Notes: generated from the letters alone by a model not told the origin. A DNA stretch of 63,861 nt, filler included, from Klebsormidium nitens (GCA_000708835.1; 13 parts of 13 records of this genome joined end to end with filler, not necessarily neighbours in it), one strand, 5' to 3'. Shown: positions 18,581 through 32,700, numbered from the whole stretch's first letter. Program-made: numbers and translations.

Positions 18581-19960
18581 GGCGCCCTTCCTGCCAAGTT
18601 AGTTCCCAGATCTAGCGATCTGCTTGCTTCAGTGCAGGCTTTGCAGGGGATGCCCCTCCCAGAGGTAGCTAAGCCTGCAATATTCACTGTACTTCGTTAT
18701 CTTCATGTTTTCAAACTGTACATCTGGCTGTACACCCTCCCTATAGCCTATGAAATCAACACGATATGCGAACCACAAGAGACGCAAGAACAGCCGCCAC
18801 AAGAAAAAGTATCCTGTGAATTTTCTTGCTGCCGGACTGACAAGAATCGGCGAAAATCGGCAAGAAGCCTGCAAGAAAAGAGAAAATCGGCCGAATTCCG
18901 GTAGGTGCGAATGCCCTATGAGCAAGGAGTTCAAGTTTGCTAGCACTGGCAGTACACTGTACTGTGTACAGTGGCTGGCAGAGGCGATGAGGAGGATTTA
19001 TCCCACGACCGGTTTTTGCGCTCAGCCATTTCGGCGTTGAGTATCAGTAAAGTTTCGGCGTCGAATCTTGTTGGCGACCCAGGCGTTGAATATATATTTT
19101 TATTCAATGCTCAGCGGTGGAATAAATGCGAGACCCTTACCAGGTTCGACGATGCATCGGAGTCCGGTCGTGAGATAAGTCGGTTACCCTTACTCGTGCT
19201 CGAGCATATCGAAGATTTCACGTCAAACTCGAGCTTCATATTCCACTCGGGCCTCGGAGGCCCTCGTGGAATATCCGCTCTCGTTCGACGCGAAACTTCG
19301 ATATTCTCTCGCACTCGTGGGATAACCTATACTTATTGCCCGGCCCGCAGAACATCTTATGCCTGAAACAGATGCAGGTAATGCCTTCTTGCTAACAATT
19401 GAAGAGCAAACTAATCTACGATGTGATACTGAACTTGCCTCTTGACCCACGCGGTCCACGATGGCCGGAAGCGTGGAACGAAGGACCGACTCTCGGTACC
19501 GGGAATGAGAAACTCAAGATTGACCACAATGTAGTGGTCGGTTGGCTCCACTTCACACCGGGAGGAACAACCCGATCAATGTAGATCTGGTTGAGGGTTT
19601 TAACTTGTTTTTCCAAGTCCGCAAACAGTGAACTGCACGGTCAGTCCAAAATCCTAATTCTACTTACGCCTTGAGCCTCGGTTGGATATTTGCAGCGATC
19701 TTTTGAGTCGATATGTACATGAACTTTCGCCCTAACACGACCTCCCGAGTAATATTTTCGACGGACGCTTTAAATGGCTGTAGATTCAGTTCGATACAAT
19801 TGACGTGAGGTACGATCCGTCACAAGATTCTGTCGCTAAATGCAAAATTGCCTGAGCGCGCGGCATCCAATCCGGCGGTTTCGACGATAAGCGAGAATTT
19901 ATGTAGAAACAGGGCAATATTGAGTCTAGTAACATCGATAGCTGAGAAGTTCAGTAACAA

Positions 19961-20845
19961 GTGGAGCTTTTAAGAGCAGAGAAGCGAAGCTTTAAGAAGC
20001 AGGTTGAAGCGGGGAATGGAAGTCGACAGTTCACGATGCCCGGGCAACTGATTGCCCCCTACTCTCTTCCCGCCGGGTACTACGAATCGAAAAGGTGGTT
20101 ACAGGAGGAAGGGGGCGAAGAGGCAGTCAAGCACAGCGCGACTTTGTGGTTTCTTGACACCTTTAATTTGTTTAACGACAACCTTCTCCATTGCTACCAT
20201 ATTGAGGGCAATCCACCTGCTTCAGACTTCATTCCCAAGAGCCCTTCCCAGTGTCGTGTGCCCGCGGCCATTCTGCAGACAGGGCTCTCCTCTCTCCTCG
20301 GCATCCCTCTCTCTTTTCCAGAGGCCAACCTTCCTGTTCAGGGGGCAGGATGCAGCGTGGTCAGGCAGAGCATTCGGATGGGGGTTCTGGTGGCTATGAT
20401 ATACGACCACATAGTGCCGTACAGCCCGCAGAGGAGTCAAGAGGATTGGCCTACCACAGTGAACATTCACTTCCCCCCCTACAGCGATGGGGAAGACCCC
20501 ACCCTGACGGAGGAGAGGGTGGCCTTTCTGATAGTGATGAGTCAAGGGGAGGCTCAACCAGACTGGGGGGACGGGGCTGGGGGGGGGACTGGGGGTGCCG
20601 GACCGGCGGCTGGGGGAATGAGGGGCAGGAGGAATCTTTACAAAGTGCCCATCTATCCAGGGCGGAAATCACTTTACCGCCTGCGGGGTTTCTTGCGCGT
20701 GAACAGGATCCTCTCTACAGGGAATCCTCCATCCATGACACCCCCCTCGCAGACTCCACATCTTGGTATTCCAATCCCTTCACTCTCCCTTCCCGACTTT
20801 GCTGCGATCCGTCTTTTCCAGAAGCGCCGCTGCTTCCATCCATGA
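19961..20845 (+). CDS. Hypothetical protein, possibly an exon or a degraded gene continuing in another frame to about 21048
   Basis: 294-codon open frame with GTG start; no motif recognised. Confidence 0.3.
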   Translation: MELLRAEKRSFKKQVEAGNGSRQFTMPGQLIAPYSLPAGYYESKRWLQEEGGEEAVKHSATLWFLDTFNLFNDNLLHCYHIEGNPPASDFIPKSPSQCRVPAAILQTGLSSLLGIPLSFPEANLPVQGAGCSVVRQSIRMGVLVAMIYDHIVPYSPQRSQEDWPTTVNIHFPPYSDGEDPTLTEERVAFLIVMSQGEAQPDWGDGAGGGTGGAGPAAGGMRGRRNLYKVPIYPGRKSLYRLRGFLRVNRILSTGNPPSMTPPSQTPHLGIPIPSLSLPDFAAIRLFQKRRCFHP

Positions 20846-21364
20846 TTTGGTTCCTGCTCAAGAGCGACCAAACGTCGCGGGGACATGGAACGGTTCGGAG
20901 CGGACCGAACGGGAATGCGACAGCCGACTGGTTCAGACGGACCTGGGAGGCCACATTTGGCGACACCCAGTCAGCCGTCGACCACTGTCGCCTTTTTCAC
21001 AGCGTGAGGATTTACTGCCATGAGCTTTGTTTGGTTTGGTCTCAGTGACCAAGTTTCAGTGAGTTGAGTATTTTGTTTAGGTGGTTGATTTGTTCTGTGC
21101 AAGTGGACATTCTACAGAGGCTTAGAGAAGCGCATGGGTTGTTCTGCCACCAATTGGCAATGGTGGAGAGAGACAAAGAAGCCCCTGAAGCTCTTTAGTT
21201 CGATTGCTAATACTCTTAAGCTTCTATCATGTATTCCGGTTCAGAGTGTATGTTAAACAAGGAGACCAGAATTTAGGGTGTCTCAAAGGGTGAGCTGCCA
21301 ACTATCATCTGGCAGGAGTTCCGGAAGGGATACCAATTGCCAGCTGGCAGAGGTTAACAAAACC

Positions 21365-21790
21365 CCCCACATTGTCCTTGTATGAACACATTGTTTTTGC
21401 ACAGGATTGGCAGAGGTTTTCATCGGAGAGACATTGCCATTTGCACCACCTTGGCGCGAATACATTTTTTTCAGAGTTCGCACCAGCTTATGGGGTAGTT
21501 GTTATTTTTTTCGCACTAGCCAATTTACCATGTTTTAAGGCCTGTTATCGACCTTTCGAGGCTGGTTGTGCATTTTCCTTCATTTCGCATTTTCGCACCA
21601 AGCCCAGAACTTAATCTCCTTTTTTTCTGCAATGGCCCTTTAAATGGATTATTTTAGTGCGGAGGAGAATGTCTCTACGGTAAACACATTGTCTTTGCAC
21701 AGGATTGGCAGCGATTTTTGAACACCTTGTCTTTGTACAGGACTGGAAGAGCTTTCTTAAACACATTGTCTCTGTACAGTACTGGCAAAG
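21365..21790 (-). repeat. Degenerate 38-39-bp repeats encoding a Cys-rich unit (LCQSCAKTMC-like) on the minus strand
   Basis: AAACACATTGTCTTTG(C/T)ACAGGA(T/C)TGG-like units at about 21386, 21682, 21720 and 21759. Confidence 0.6.
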
Positions 21791-22038
21791 GTTCACTGTG
21801 TGACGGCGGGGCTAGNNNNNNNNNNNNNNNNNNNNNNNNNNNNNNNNNNNNNNNNNNNNTTAATTAATTAANNNNNNNNNNNNNNNNNNNNNNNNNNNNN
21901 NNNNNNNNNNNNNNNAAATATACAAGAGGCCTATGAGCAATTTGGGAGCAACGAAGAAAGAGGTGATGGCAATGAGATGCAACTGCAGAGACTGTGGAAA
22001 GGAGAAAGCGTGAAAGAGAGATCATTTTTCAGAAGCTA

Positions 22039-25000
22039 TTAGGGAGCAAAGGGACTGGCATCGGATGATGTCTGCACCCCTGCTTCCAGGAGCTGTTCTT
22101 CCAAGGAACAAGCAGCTCTCACCTCCTGTGCACTGATGCTGATGCCGATGAGCTGGAAAAGGAGGAAGCCCTTGGGGCTGGCTTGGTCTCGGTGCTGCCT
22201 CAGGTACTCGCGCAGGCCCAAAGCAAAAGCGAGCAGAATGCGCGAGATGAACTTCTCCATGTCGTGCAGCCGGTTGTCGCGGAACTCTTGCAGGCCCGAA
22301 GCGTCACCCCGCACTGACGCGTACTCATCCCTATGCCTCTCCCTCAGTCGATTGATTGCCTGCCGCAGGATGTTCGTCCCAGGCTCCTTCTCGGTCGAGA
22401 AACTCAGGTAAAAGCTGTACTCGTGGCAGGATGCCTCGAGCACCGTGCGGGACTTCCCGCCTCCTGAAGGCCCGATGAGCGCAGTCGCGCGCGTTTGCAC
22501 CTGGTCCTGGCCCTTCCCCGATGCGTGCAGCTGCTTAATCTCCGCCAGCAGCGTCTGTGCGTTTGTTAGGCCAGGCTCGTTGCGCTCGGGAAGCTTCGTG
22601 AGCAGCAGGCTTGGGGAATTCCGAAAGTACGTGACAGGAACATCTCTCCTCGCACAGGGGTTGCTAGGGGGTGGGGGCCTCAGGTCAAGCTTTGGCTGCC
22701 CGTTCTTCTCTGGGGACACAAAGGCACGCTCCAGGATTTTGGTGACTTCCTCATCGACGCTGTCATTCCAGTCGTCATCGTCGCTCCTCCCTGCAAAATC
22801 AAAGGACACAATTGTGTGGACCCTCTTTGATGTGTGGCCCAAGGGCGCACGCAGACCTGAGCTGGCAGGGGTCAAGAGAAGAGAAGACTTATCATCTCAG
22901 TGATGCCTTTAATTCCATTTTGAACCGAGCAGTCTCCCTGAAAATATTTAGAGAGGAACTTGTGGCACCCATGTTACCAGCTCAATCGCAAGGGCAACAG
23001 GCGAGAGGCAATAGACAGCACAGCCATGCTGCAAATGAGGCGAATGACTTGCTTAGCACAACTCACGTCTGTATTCTCCCCGCATTGCGTCATGCATGGT
23101 TGTGTCTCCGGACGGGCCTGCAGCTGCACCAGTCTGCCTCGTTCCAGCAGCTGCACCAGAAGGGGGAGCACATCAGGCAGAGTTCCAGAGCCTGCTCTCC
23201 ATGCTGCTTTTGTCAACAGCAGCTGCACTGCCTAACATCCCTCTGCTTTGAAATTCTGGACGCCACCTAGTGCAGAATTTGGTCATGGAGCCAGGCAATT
23301 AAGCTCAAAGAGGAAATGTTCTGACAGCGGGTTTAGAGTTGCTCGAGAGAGTCAAGTCCCTGCTCTCATTACAGGTTCAGATGGATGTCTGCAATGCAAA
23401 ACCTATCAGATACCTACTGAGGCTTCAAAATGCAACTGGCTCTTTAAGAAAGCCCAAATATCCTGCAAAGGGTGCTTCAAGCAGTATGAGCAGCAACAGG
23501 TCCCAAGAGCTTATCTCCACAAGGCTTAGGAGCATGCATACAATCCAATGATCCAGCTCATGTTACGAGGGCAAGTCTGCCAGGTGCAGTCTGCCTTGTG
23601 CAAATCTGCCAACCCATGAAAGAAACAGTCAACGTCCTTGAAAGCGATCAGAAAAATGGCCAATTGATGAGGGAAAGGGCATATTGATGCTCAGAAGAAC
23701 AAGGTACACTTGAGACAAAGAGTGAAGCAGATGCTTCAGCAACCGCACATACCAGCCCTGCGTGTCCAAGACTGACGCCTCAGGCAAGGACACTCACCTC
23801 TCCCATAGTCAACATCTGGCATTTCCACGTCCCCTGAAGCGCCGGCGCCCTCGGTCCCTTTTCCTCGTGCAGCAGCTGGGGCAAAGAGAGGATGGGGTTC
23901 GCGGATGCATGTTCGTATGGAAAAAAGGCTGCCAGCCTTCCCCACGCTGTGCAATTTGGCAGGGTCTGCCAACCATCAAAATCTTTGAAGAGGAGCAGCA
24001 GGCAGCAGTCTAGGAACAAAATCCTCAGTGAGCGCCGCTGGTTCCTTTCTGATATGCTTAAAGAATGACAGACGAGAGTCTCAGGCAACTCAAATACCTT
24101 GGAGTGTCGGCCTTGATAATTGCCAGAGATGGCATGCTCAGCAATCTGCTAGTTTCCTGGATGTGCAGCGGCCATCCTGACAGACTGTTCCTGTCCATTT
24201 GTCGTGATTATTGTGGTTGCAATTCTTGTGGATCTCAGGCAAGCAAGCTTTCAAGCTTACCCCAGCCCAAGCAATAGAAAGATGCTGGCATAAAGTTTGC
24301 AAAATGATTTGACGGATGATGCTGAACTTCTTTTTATCCACCCTGACAAGACCTTCAGCGGGCAAACTGTTACGAGAACACCAAGACTGACCAAAAAGTC
24401 GTTTAGCAATGCCTTTTCGCAATCAGAGGCTGTGATGATCAACTTCCAGACCAAACACCCGCTCCAGGATTATGTGATCTTGTTCCTGCCTGACGGGTGA
24501 AACAACCCGAGAAGCAGAGGGACATGCGGCAAACTGGCAGCGACACACTGGAGGGGTGGCGTGGATCACCGCGTCTACCGTGAACCAGCGAGCTCCGGCA
24601 CTCTGCCCAATTGCAGGCATGCACGAGTGCTGTTGCTCAGAAATGACCAGAATCAAGCCCTTAATCTGCCAAGAAAAACCATGCATAGTCAACTACATAC
24701 CAGGCAGAGTTTACAGGCCAGCGCATCGTTTTCTTCCACATGCTCAAACGCTGGTTCATCACTTGAACAGACACCAATTCACCAAAGTGCTTAATCAGAC
24801 CTTTGTGCAATCTGAAAAATGCAAGCTACTGGTATTGTCACTCACCCTTAGAGGCTGTAAAGACATAATTACCAGCCTGAAGATCCTCTTCGTCTAAACA
24901 AGAAATCTCCTCGCCGTTCTGCAAAATTGCTATTTCCCCTTCTCCCCAACATGCCCTGTCTCTGATGAAGTCCAAAACTGCTATGCATCTGCGTGGTGCT

Positions 25001-25116
25001 TTCAGAGAACGACACTCGTTGGTGCCTCTTCGAAGGATCCGAATGAGGGCCGGCTGATTCAGGTTGGACGGCAGAGCAGAGCCTTTGCCATGAACTTCTT
25101 CCTCAGCATTTGCCAT
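22039..25116 (-). CDS. Probable Crinkler-like (CR) gene: N-terminal header domain plus P-loop NTPase; spliced and truncated by contig end
   Basis: Frame-consistent model join(25116-24846, 23965-23798, 22856 to about 22120) with GTGAGT donors and CAG acceptors. Exon 3 has ALIGPSGGGKSRTVLE...YSFYLSF (Walker A). Exon 1 ends ILQNGEEISCLDEEDLQAGNYVF, resembling ubiquitin-like CR headers. Confidence 0.5.
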
Positions 25117-25849
25117 TGCCTTTTATTTCCCACTATGAATACGGAAAGTGAAGCGAAGAGCCTGGTGTTTCTGAGTGGATACAAACATTCCTGAAGTGGG
25201 GGAGGGACGCCAGGAGCTCTTCAGCAGTAGCTCCGAGCCCCAATTCACGTTCACGAGCGCATTGCCAGATGGTCAATTGATTCACAGGCGGGCGCTGGGT
25301 CAAGTGGATGTGGGAGGCTGGTATGGGGGATTCATTGGTGACAGTCCTTGGGGCTCGCATTGCGTTCCCTCCATTGTCCGCTGGATGCGCGCTGGTGGAC
25401 ACCAGTCGATCCAGACTTGGCAAGTCTAGTACTTGTCCCCGATCGTCACTGTCAGTGTTGCCAAGGCTCTGAAGTCAGAACGTCCACCTCATCAACTAAC
25501 CATCTCAAATCCGGCAAAGAACCGGCCAATGTGAGGCGCCACGTGTCCCCCCCTTCCGTTTGAGCCGGTGGCCTCAGAAACTCCCGCTAGTGGACTGCGC
25601 ACTGATTGGCGCATCGCGAGACGAATTCATCGAACGGTCAAGGTTCGATGTAATTGAAGCACATCTTCGACGAAACGCACAGTTCCTTCCTTCTTTCCTG
25701 TTGGAACTCGGAGGAGCTTTTTTACAAGGCGCTCGGGCGCCATTCTTTTTCGTTCCCACCCGAACCCACCCTATAGATATTTTAACAAACGCTCTACGTT
25801 GACTCGACGACCAAACACTTCTAGCGTTCTCCCTACTACATCACAAAAA

Positions 25850-26378
25850 TTAACTCGATATAGGTCTTATTAAGATCTGAATAGAAGTGTACAAATCCTG
25901 TACGGAAACTGGTTGGGAATAAAACCTGTGTTGAGAACCATACGGAACTATACGGACCTATACGTGTAAGAAACCTATACGAATCCTATACCGATACTAC
26001 CATAGGTCCTATAGAATTCATCATATGGGAGCATTATAGGCTTTATACAGGGCCCCGCATGGGTTTTTTCCCGTTATAGACTAGTATATGGGCACGATAT
26101 AGGATTCGTTTGGCATTTGTATATATGTTATAAGGTCTTAACACGACGGAGTCATATGGATACCGGTTCGATACAGTTCCTATATGCAATTTGCACAGTC
26201 CACGTATAAAAGTTGTACCGGATTGACACGGGTTATATACAACATCTGCATGGGCTTTCGACCGTTATGGAAACATGTATATGCTCTATGCAGATTCCAA
26301 GTTGGATTTGTATATAAATCGCATAGAAAATGTACAGATCTTGTATAGCTTACATTCCATTTTGTCATCCGATTTGCC
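25850..26378. repeat. AT-rich region of short direct and inverted motifs (CTATACG/CCTATA family)
   Basis: CATACGGAACTATACGGACCTATACG...CCTATACGAATCCTATAC; ACGAATCCTATA (25979-25990) recurs inverted at 26098-26109. Confidence 0.5.
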
Positions 26379-29300
26379 NNNNNNNNNNNNNNNNNNNNNN
26401 NNNNNNNNNNNNNNNNNNNNNNTTAATTAATTAANNNNNNNNNNNNNNNNNNNNNNNNNNNNNNNNNNNNNNNNNNNNATACATCGTGACATCGTCGCTC
26501 AATCGGAAGATGACGAATCAGAGACAACCGGCTTCACTTCGACGTCCCAGTGCGATGCTCATGTGCTGCCACTTTACCGGAGACAAGGCTGACGTATATA
26601 TGCAGACGTCAGCCGAGTCACGAAGACCCGCTTCAGAGACCCGTTCAAAAATCAAGATTCCGGGCATGGGAGAGGGTGGAGAGCCAAGAAGGAAAGGCTT
26701 TGCAGGCGGCGGCTAGCCCAGCAGAGTGGCAGCCGGAATGGAGCGCTCTTAAGATAGAAGCTGCTTAAGAGGATGTGATCGCGGGGCCAGCTAGTATCCG
26801 GGGCGGAGATTGTGCTGACGTTTCTTACCAACCGCGTCTCCGTTCCGCTCTTTTGTAGACCACCGCCAGGATGGGTTTAAAACCGAGCGCATGGAATTTC
26901 CAATCGAGGCTAAAGCGTCTCGCAGCTTTGGGTTTTCCCAGGATCCTATAAGGCAACATACGTTAGTTCTTGCCGAACAGATTTAGGCGGAGTACGCCGA
27001 GCAAGAGCGAAGTCCGAAAAGCGGAAGGGCAAGCAGCTGCTAGAGTGGCAGCTACTAGCCAGTTTGACGTCGAGAGGATGGCTAGTAACCAGCAAGTAAT
27101 AACAACAGGGTCTTAGTCCACGGATCAAATCAGTAAATTAAAGCTGGCCGTCGACGCTGCACGGTCGACACCGTGGGGGCCCCGGCACGGTTGTTGGGAG
27201 GGCTGGGGTCGAATGAGGTGGGAAAGAACCACAAGTCAGGCTTCCCGGGCATAAACTACTTTGTCAGATTTATGCAAATGACGAGGCTCACGCCAGGGCG
27301 GTGCAAGCTTCGGGGGCGAGTTTTGGGTCCGGAATTGAGCACCGTTCGCGGATCAGCGAAACCTCGTCTCAGCAGCTGGGGCCACCGAGCTCCACTCGAC
27401 TTACTCAAAGAACGGGACAAGCTTCCAACCGACTGCGGGGACAGTTGTTTTGGCAACAGCGCAGCGCCCGCAAGCGGCGACGCGCTTTGTCAGCCGCAAT
27501 GTCCAGTATCGCCGCAGATGTAAAAGGGCCGGGCAGGTTCAAAGCTTTGAAAGGAGATGCGACGCGGCTGTCGAGTGTTAGCTCGACAAGTTTTAAGCAG
27601 GCCGCTTTGGCTACGGCTACGGCCGCGTGCTTTTCAGCCCATCCCGCCCCTTCCAGCGGGCCCGCTCTAGTTGCCCATTATCCCACCCGAATCCATCAAA
27701 CTCCTTCTCGAGCCGATCTTTTGACGCGGCAGACGGCACGCGGCCGCCTGCCCCGGCGAAAACCCCGCCACACCCTTGGGTCTCCGGCTTCTTGTCGGGG
27801 CTGCCGAGAATTGTTTGTATCATCACGGTGGACGGGCCATCGCCGGTTGATCCTTTCCCCCGACTGATCAGCAAGTTCACATTCTTTTCTGAAAGCTTCG
27901 TAGAGAACCTGAACCGGTCCGCCAAGTTGATATTCCCCATGTAATCAGCCACACAATCCATTTGGGCTCAAACGAGACGGCACACGTGGCCGGACTCTGA
28001 ACCGGGCGGTGGCTTAGACCTGATGACGGGGCAACTCTGCACAGATTCCGCCCGGAATAGCTGGCCCCATCGAATTCTCCATCATTCCGCCCGAAGAGGC
28101 GCCGCCACGACGCCTTTCTATCTATCCTCCACCTGTCCCTCCCCGTCCCTTCTTAGACCCTGGGTCTAAATCGTCATCTGTCACCCCGCTGACGCCAGCA
28201 TACGTCAGCCTCATCTTCTGTAGCTGAGCGGCAGCCGCCGGGGCAACTTATCTCCGTCAAAGGATGTCCAGAGCCGTCCGATTCTGCTCCGTGATCGTCC
28301 GATTGAGCGGTGACCCTGGAACCGTGGCTCGAAAACGTCCACAGCCCCCCGGCTGGACGTTCCTTATCTTGACCCGCCACTCTTTATGGCTGCTAGGTTT
28401 ACTTACAGGACTGAGCCTCGATTTACCAATCTCGACCGGTTATCCGTGACCCTCCAATTTGAAGAGGACGTCCTTGCTACTTATCAAGCGCATCCGTAAT
28501 CTTTCTTGGAAGATGCAAATTCAAAAACCACCGCCAACGAAGCAATCTCAGTGGATCAAAACCGCAAACGGGCGAAAATCTTGGCTGCTTTCCGCTCCGC
28601 CGGAGTCAGCTCCGGTCCTCATCACTTTTCTCTTTCCTTGCGCACTCCGTTTCGCACTCCGTACGTCCCAGACTATCATTCCGTCCGGTAGTGTCAGCGT
28701 ATCTTGTTTCTTGAAGCAGCTTGGCGGAGTTGTACTCAGACTGTCCGCACACCAGTTAAACACCGGCAAAAGAAGTGACATCCAGTTTCTGAGCTCATGC
28801 GGCGTGCATCTTCATCGGCAATATGGCTCAAGAAAAGCCATGGTCGGGAGCTGCTGACAGCGCGTCGAGGGATTGAAAGAGGCAGACTGTTTTGAAAGGA
28901 GGGTCTTTCTGGCTGAGCCGTTCTGATCACGCTCGGCGCTCTCAGCACACGCAGCCTCGCGCCTGCGGATACTACGTGCTTTTTTCCAATCTTTAAAAGT
29001 GGGTTGTCACTGATGCAGTTGAGCGAATACCATCTTTCATATTCGGCACTACATTGTCCGGCCGGTTGTCAAAAAGCGCACTACGATTTGCCCGGGGCCC
29101 GCAAGATACGGGGCTGTTCATCCAGCGGGGCCACGTCAAATGTACGGAATTGAACTGGCCAATGAAACAGGGGTGGTACATATNNNNNNNNNNNNNNNNN
29201 NNNNNNNNNNNNNNNNNNNNNNNNNNNTTAATTAATTAANNNNNNNNNNNNNNNNNNNNNNNNNNNNNNNNNNNNNNNNNNNNACAAATCGCTATAAGCT

Positions 29301-29795
29301 GCATATAGAGCGCAAAGTCGGCAACCATTGTTGAACTTTTTGAGGAGCTTTCTCCTACACTTCATGTTCACTCCTGCACACTATTCTATGGGCCTAGGTA
29401 CCGCGATACAAGCCAGTGGTCCAAGTCGGAAGTTCCGACTCAAGCCACAAGATTCAAAATTTACGGTTGCGCATACTCGGCGTTAGGCCGTCGGTACGGT
29501 TTCGCCGATAATCTCGGAATTTGACCGTTGCGCGATATGTCAGAAAACTTCGATTCATGAATCGGAGTACGGTTCCAAAATTCTATCGAGTACAACCGTT
29601 AGTCGGGAGTTCGAATTTTGTCCCGACGGGTGACGCCGTCGAGTGAATTCGTACACGATATCGAGACCGGATCGACACGGTCCTAATCCACCCTAGGTTG
29701 CCTGTGAAGCATGCAACGCAGCAAATTTTGAGGGCTTCAACAGGCAAGCGCTCTCGCCAGTCCTTGCCCGCCTTGATCTTGGCTTCCATGCCTGC

Positions 29796-32700
29796 TTACG
29801 CTCCAGACTCCTCCTCATATTCGAGGATGTCCAGCACCTTCATGAACTTCCTCTGTTTCTCGTCGGACTTGATGACGCGGCGCGGCTCAATGGCGATTTT
29901 GCCACGCTTTGCGTCATGCCCTTTGGAGGGGATTTTGGCCCTCGTTTCTGCCGCAAGGGCCGCCAGCTTAGCGAGCTTGATCAAAGGTGCAAGAGCTGCC
30001 ATTGTCACGATCTCTGGATACAGAGGAGGGCGGATGGTCTGTCGGTCGAAATTAAAATATGGGAGCCTTATAGGGGAGAACATGTCTGGGGTCAGTCCGC
30101 CGACAATAAAAAGCTTGGCGTGTGACCGGACTCGGGAAAGCAAGGTGACGTAAAGCATACTAGAGCAGAAGGCGTCTTTGACACAGATGACGACGTTGTC
30201 GCGAAGAGTGGCGCCCTCGCTGTTATGACCTGTCATGGCATATGCTAGTGCGAGAGAAAAAGTGGAACGAAGAACTTTGCACCGCAATGATAGATGTTCT
30301 CGAAGAGAGAGCGCCAAACTTCAACAAGCTTCCCTGTCCCTGTCAAAGAGACCCTAACAGCATCTAGACAGGAGCCCGTCTTGTACATCTGCAATGCCCG
30401 ACCTCCTCAATAGCCCAGTTGGCAGCCCCAATTGACAAGTCGATGTTCTGAGTGACGATGACCTTAGTCCCTAAAGCGACAGTCTGCAACAAGTCAAAGT
30501 CGGGATTTTCTGCCCAAGCTGCAACTCAGGGACGCCCTCTGCAAACGACGCACAAGAGACAGTTTTAAAAGCTCCCAAGTCAGGAAAGAGAAGTAAAAAC
30601 ACGGGGTGTTGTAGTAGGCGACCCGAGATCGGTGGCTACAGAGGATGGTTGTGTTAGCACCGACTTTCTGAAGAATCTCCGACTCTGAAATGTAACATCC
30701 AGACAATGAAGCATCAATCTCCTCCTGAGTGGGTCTCCTCTCCCTTATAGCGTCCAGAAAGCGAACAAAGGGCATATCAACATGATGCAATGAAATTCGA
30801 AGCCTGTGAGGATGGTCATGTACCTAAGCCATTGCCTTGCCAATGTGGCAAAGGCCGCAAACCTTGTCCTGATCAACCTTGTGGCGACACAGCGGGTAGC
30901 TAGGCGTGATGCTCAAAGAGGACAATCAGAAATCCTGTCAAGTGGGATCCTCAAACCGGTGACCGGGCCCCGTATGAAATTTATGAGGTCGAGCATGCGA
31001 GCATCCATCATCAAGAACTCGTCAATCAAATGGATCTGATTTGCAACAGGTTGTTGTGAGCCGTCGTATCGGGAAGAGTGGCTTAAAATATGCAGAGTGC
31101 TGAAAGGAGATGGAGAACTGACCGTGCACCGTCGTTGCCGATGGGCCAAGGCGAACACTAGCAGCTCGCGTGGTTGCACATAGCCCAACACGTCGCTCTT
31201 TCAAACTGAAATAGGAGTTCAGATTCTTAGTGACATAGGATTTCTGCTGCCAAAGCCACCCGAAACGATGTGCAAGCCACAAGACGCTGCAATGATGGGG
31301 TCAACAACCGCCTGCGGGTCGACATTGAGTTTGACCAACTCAAGGGCGTCAGGAGCAACCCCATAAAGACAATCAGCTATGGGCTCAGCGCCTGGCAGAA
31401 ATGCAAGGTCGTGCGGGGGGGCCCGCTGCATGAAAGAAAATGTGCCAGCATTGAGGGGGCACTTCTGAAGGATCTTGTTCACCAACTGCTGTCTGTGCTC
31501 TGCCCCTCAGCAATCAGGTTTCTGGTGGCATATGCATCCAAATGGGCCTCTGCGTTCTCTAAACTCGAGATCGAGCCGCAAAGCTGGCACTCGTAGAGGT
31601 AGGATTTGGTGAGATTATGGGGGGTGAGCAACTCTGCTTTGAAACGGAAAGGGTACTTCTGAAGGAGGACGTTGCATGACAAAGTATGCTTCTATCGGAT
31701 GAGAAGGATGGAAATCGGTGAAAAGCACTAAAGAAGAGTTGGCCAAGGGGTACACATATTGATCAAAAGCGTCGCGGCCGAGAGCACGAGGAGACTTTGA
31801 TGGAGACAGTACTTTCGAAAGTAATCGTATAATGCGGTCAATTCAAGAGACGAAGGCCGGGCGCAGTACTTGTCAATGGGATGAAGCACGGCGGACTTGT
31901 TGGAAGGGCCGGGGAGAACGATCTTGCTGCGCGAGCAGAAGGGGATGAATCAAAATGAGTAACTGAAACACTCCTTTCAATGATGGGAAACTCAAGCATG
32001 GACATTGCAGCTTCACAAGGGGAGACAGGCTTGGTGAGACAGAATGCAAAAACTGCTTGCAACGGCGTTTCAAAGACTTCGTGAAGACTAAGAGTTTTTG
32101 CGGACTGGGGATTAAGGTTCAAGGACCGAGAGAGTTCACCCGGGCCATGGCGTACTTGAGAAGGTAATGGGATCAAGCATTGCGGGTGATCCTATGCATA
32201 TGAATATGTGCAACCCAAAGCACAAGAACGACAGGGTGGTAAGAAACAACCTTCCTGTCTTCGTAGCGCGGGCGGTCTTTGCATCAAACCAAAAAAAGGC
32301 CTTGATGGGGAGCCCACGGAAAGCCGTATTTGCATGGTCTCTCCAATGGCAAGTGCCCTCAGCACAACAATGAGTCTTCTTGAAAATGACATACTGATGG
32401 AGCTCGGCGTTGGGGGTGTTGGGCTCACAAGTTTCGAAGGCTTTTATGCAAGGGTCGAAAGAACCAGACACGCAAGCACAAGTCTCATCAGTGACCCTAT
32501 CAATAATCCTTAAGAGCGACTTACAGAATAACATGGGCATGGTAGCTTCCGCGCTCTTGTATCTCGTACCGAATGACGTGATAAACACCTTTCTAAAGAC
32601 GCCACCCTCCAAACACATAACATGATCCTTCAAAAGCTTTGTGAGGCGATCACGAAAGTGGACAATGCACTCAACAAAAGAATCGTTTCATGAAGCATCA

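Noticed and set aside
26479-29183. Contig with several 60-190-aa ORFs
   Set aside because: No recognisable motif, consistent exon chain or repeat boundary; left unannotated.
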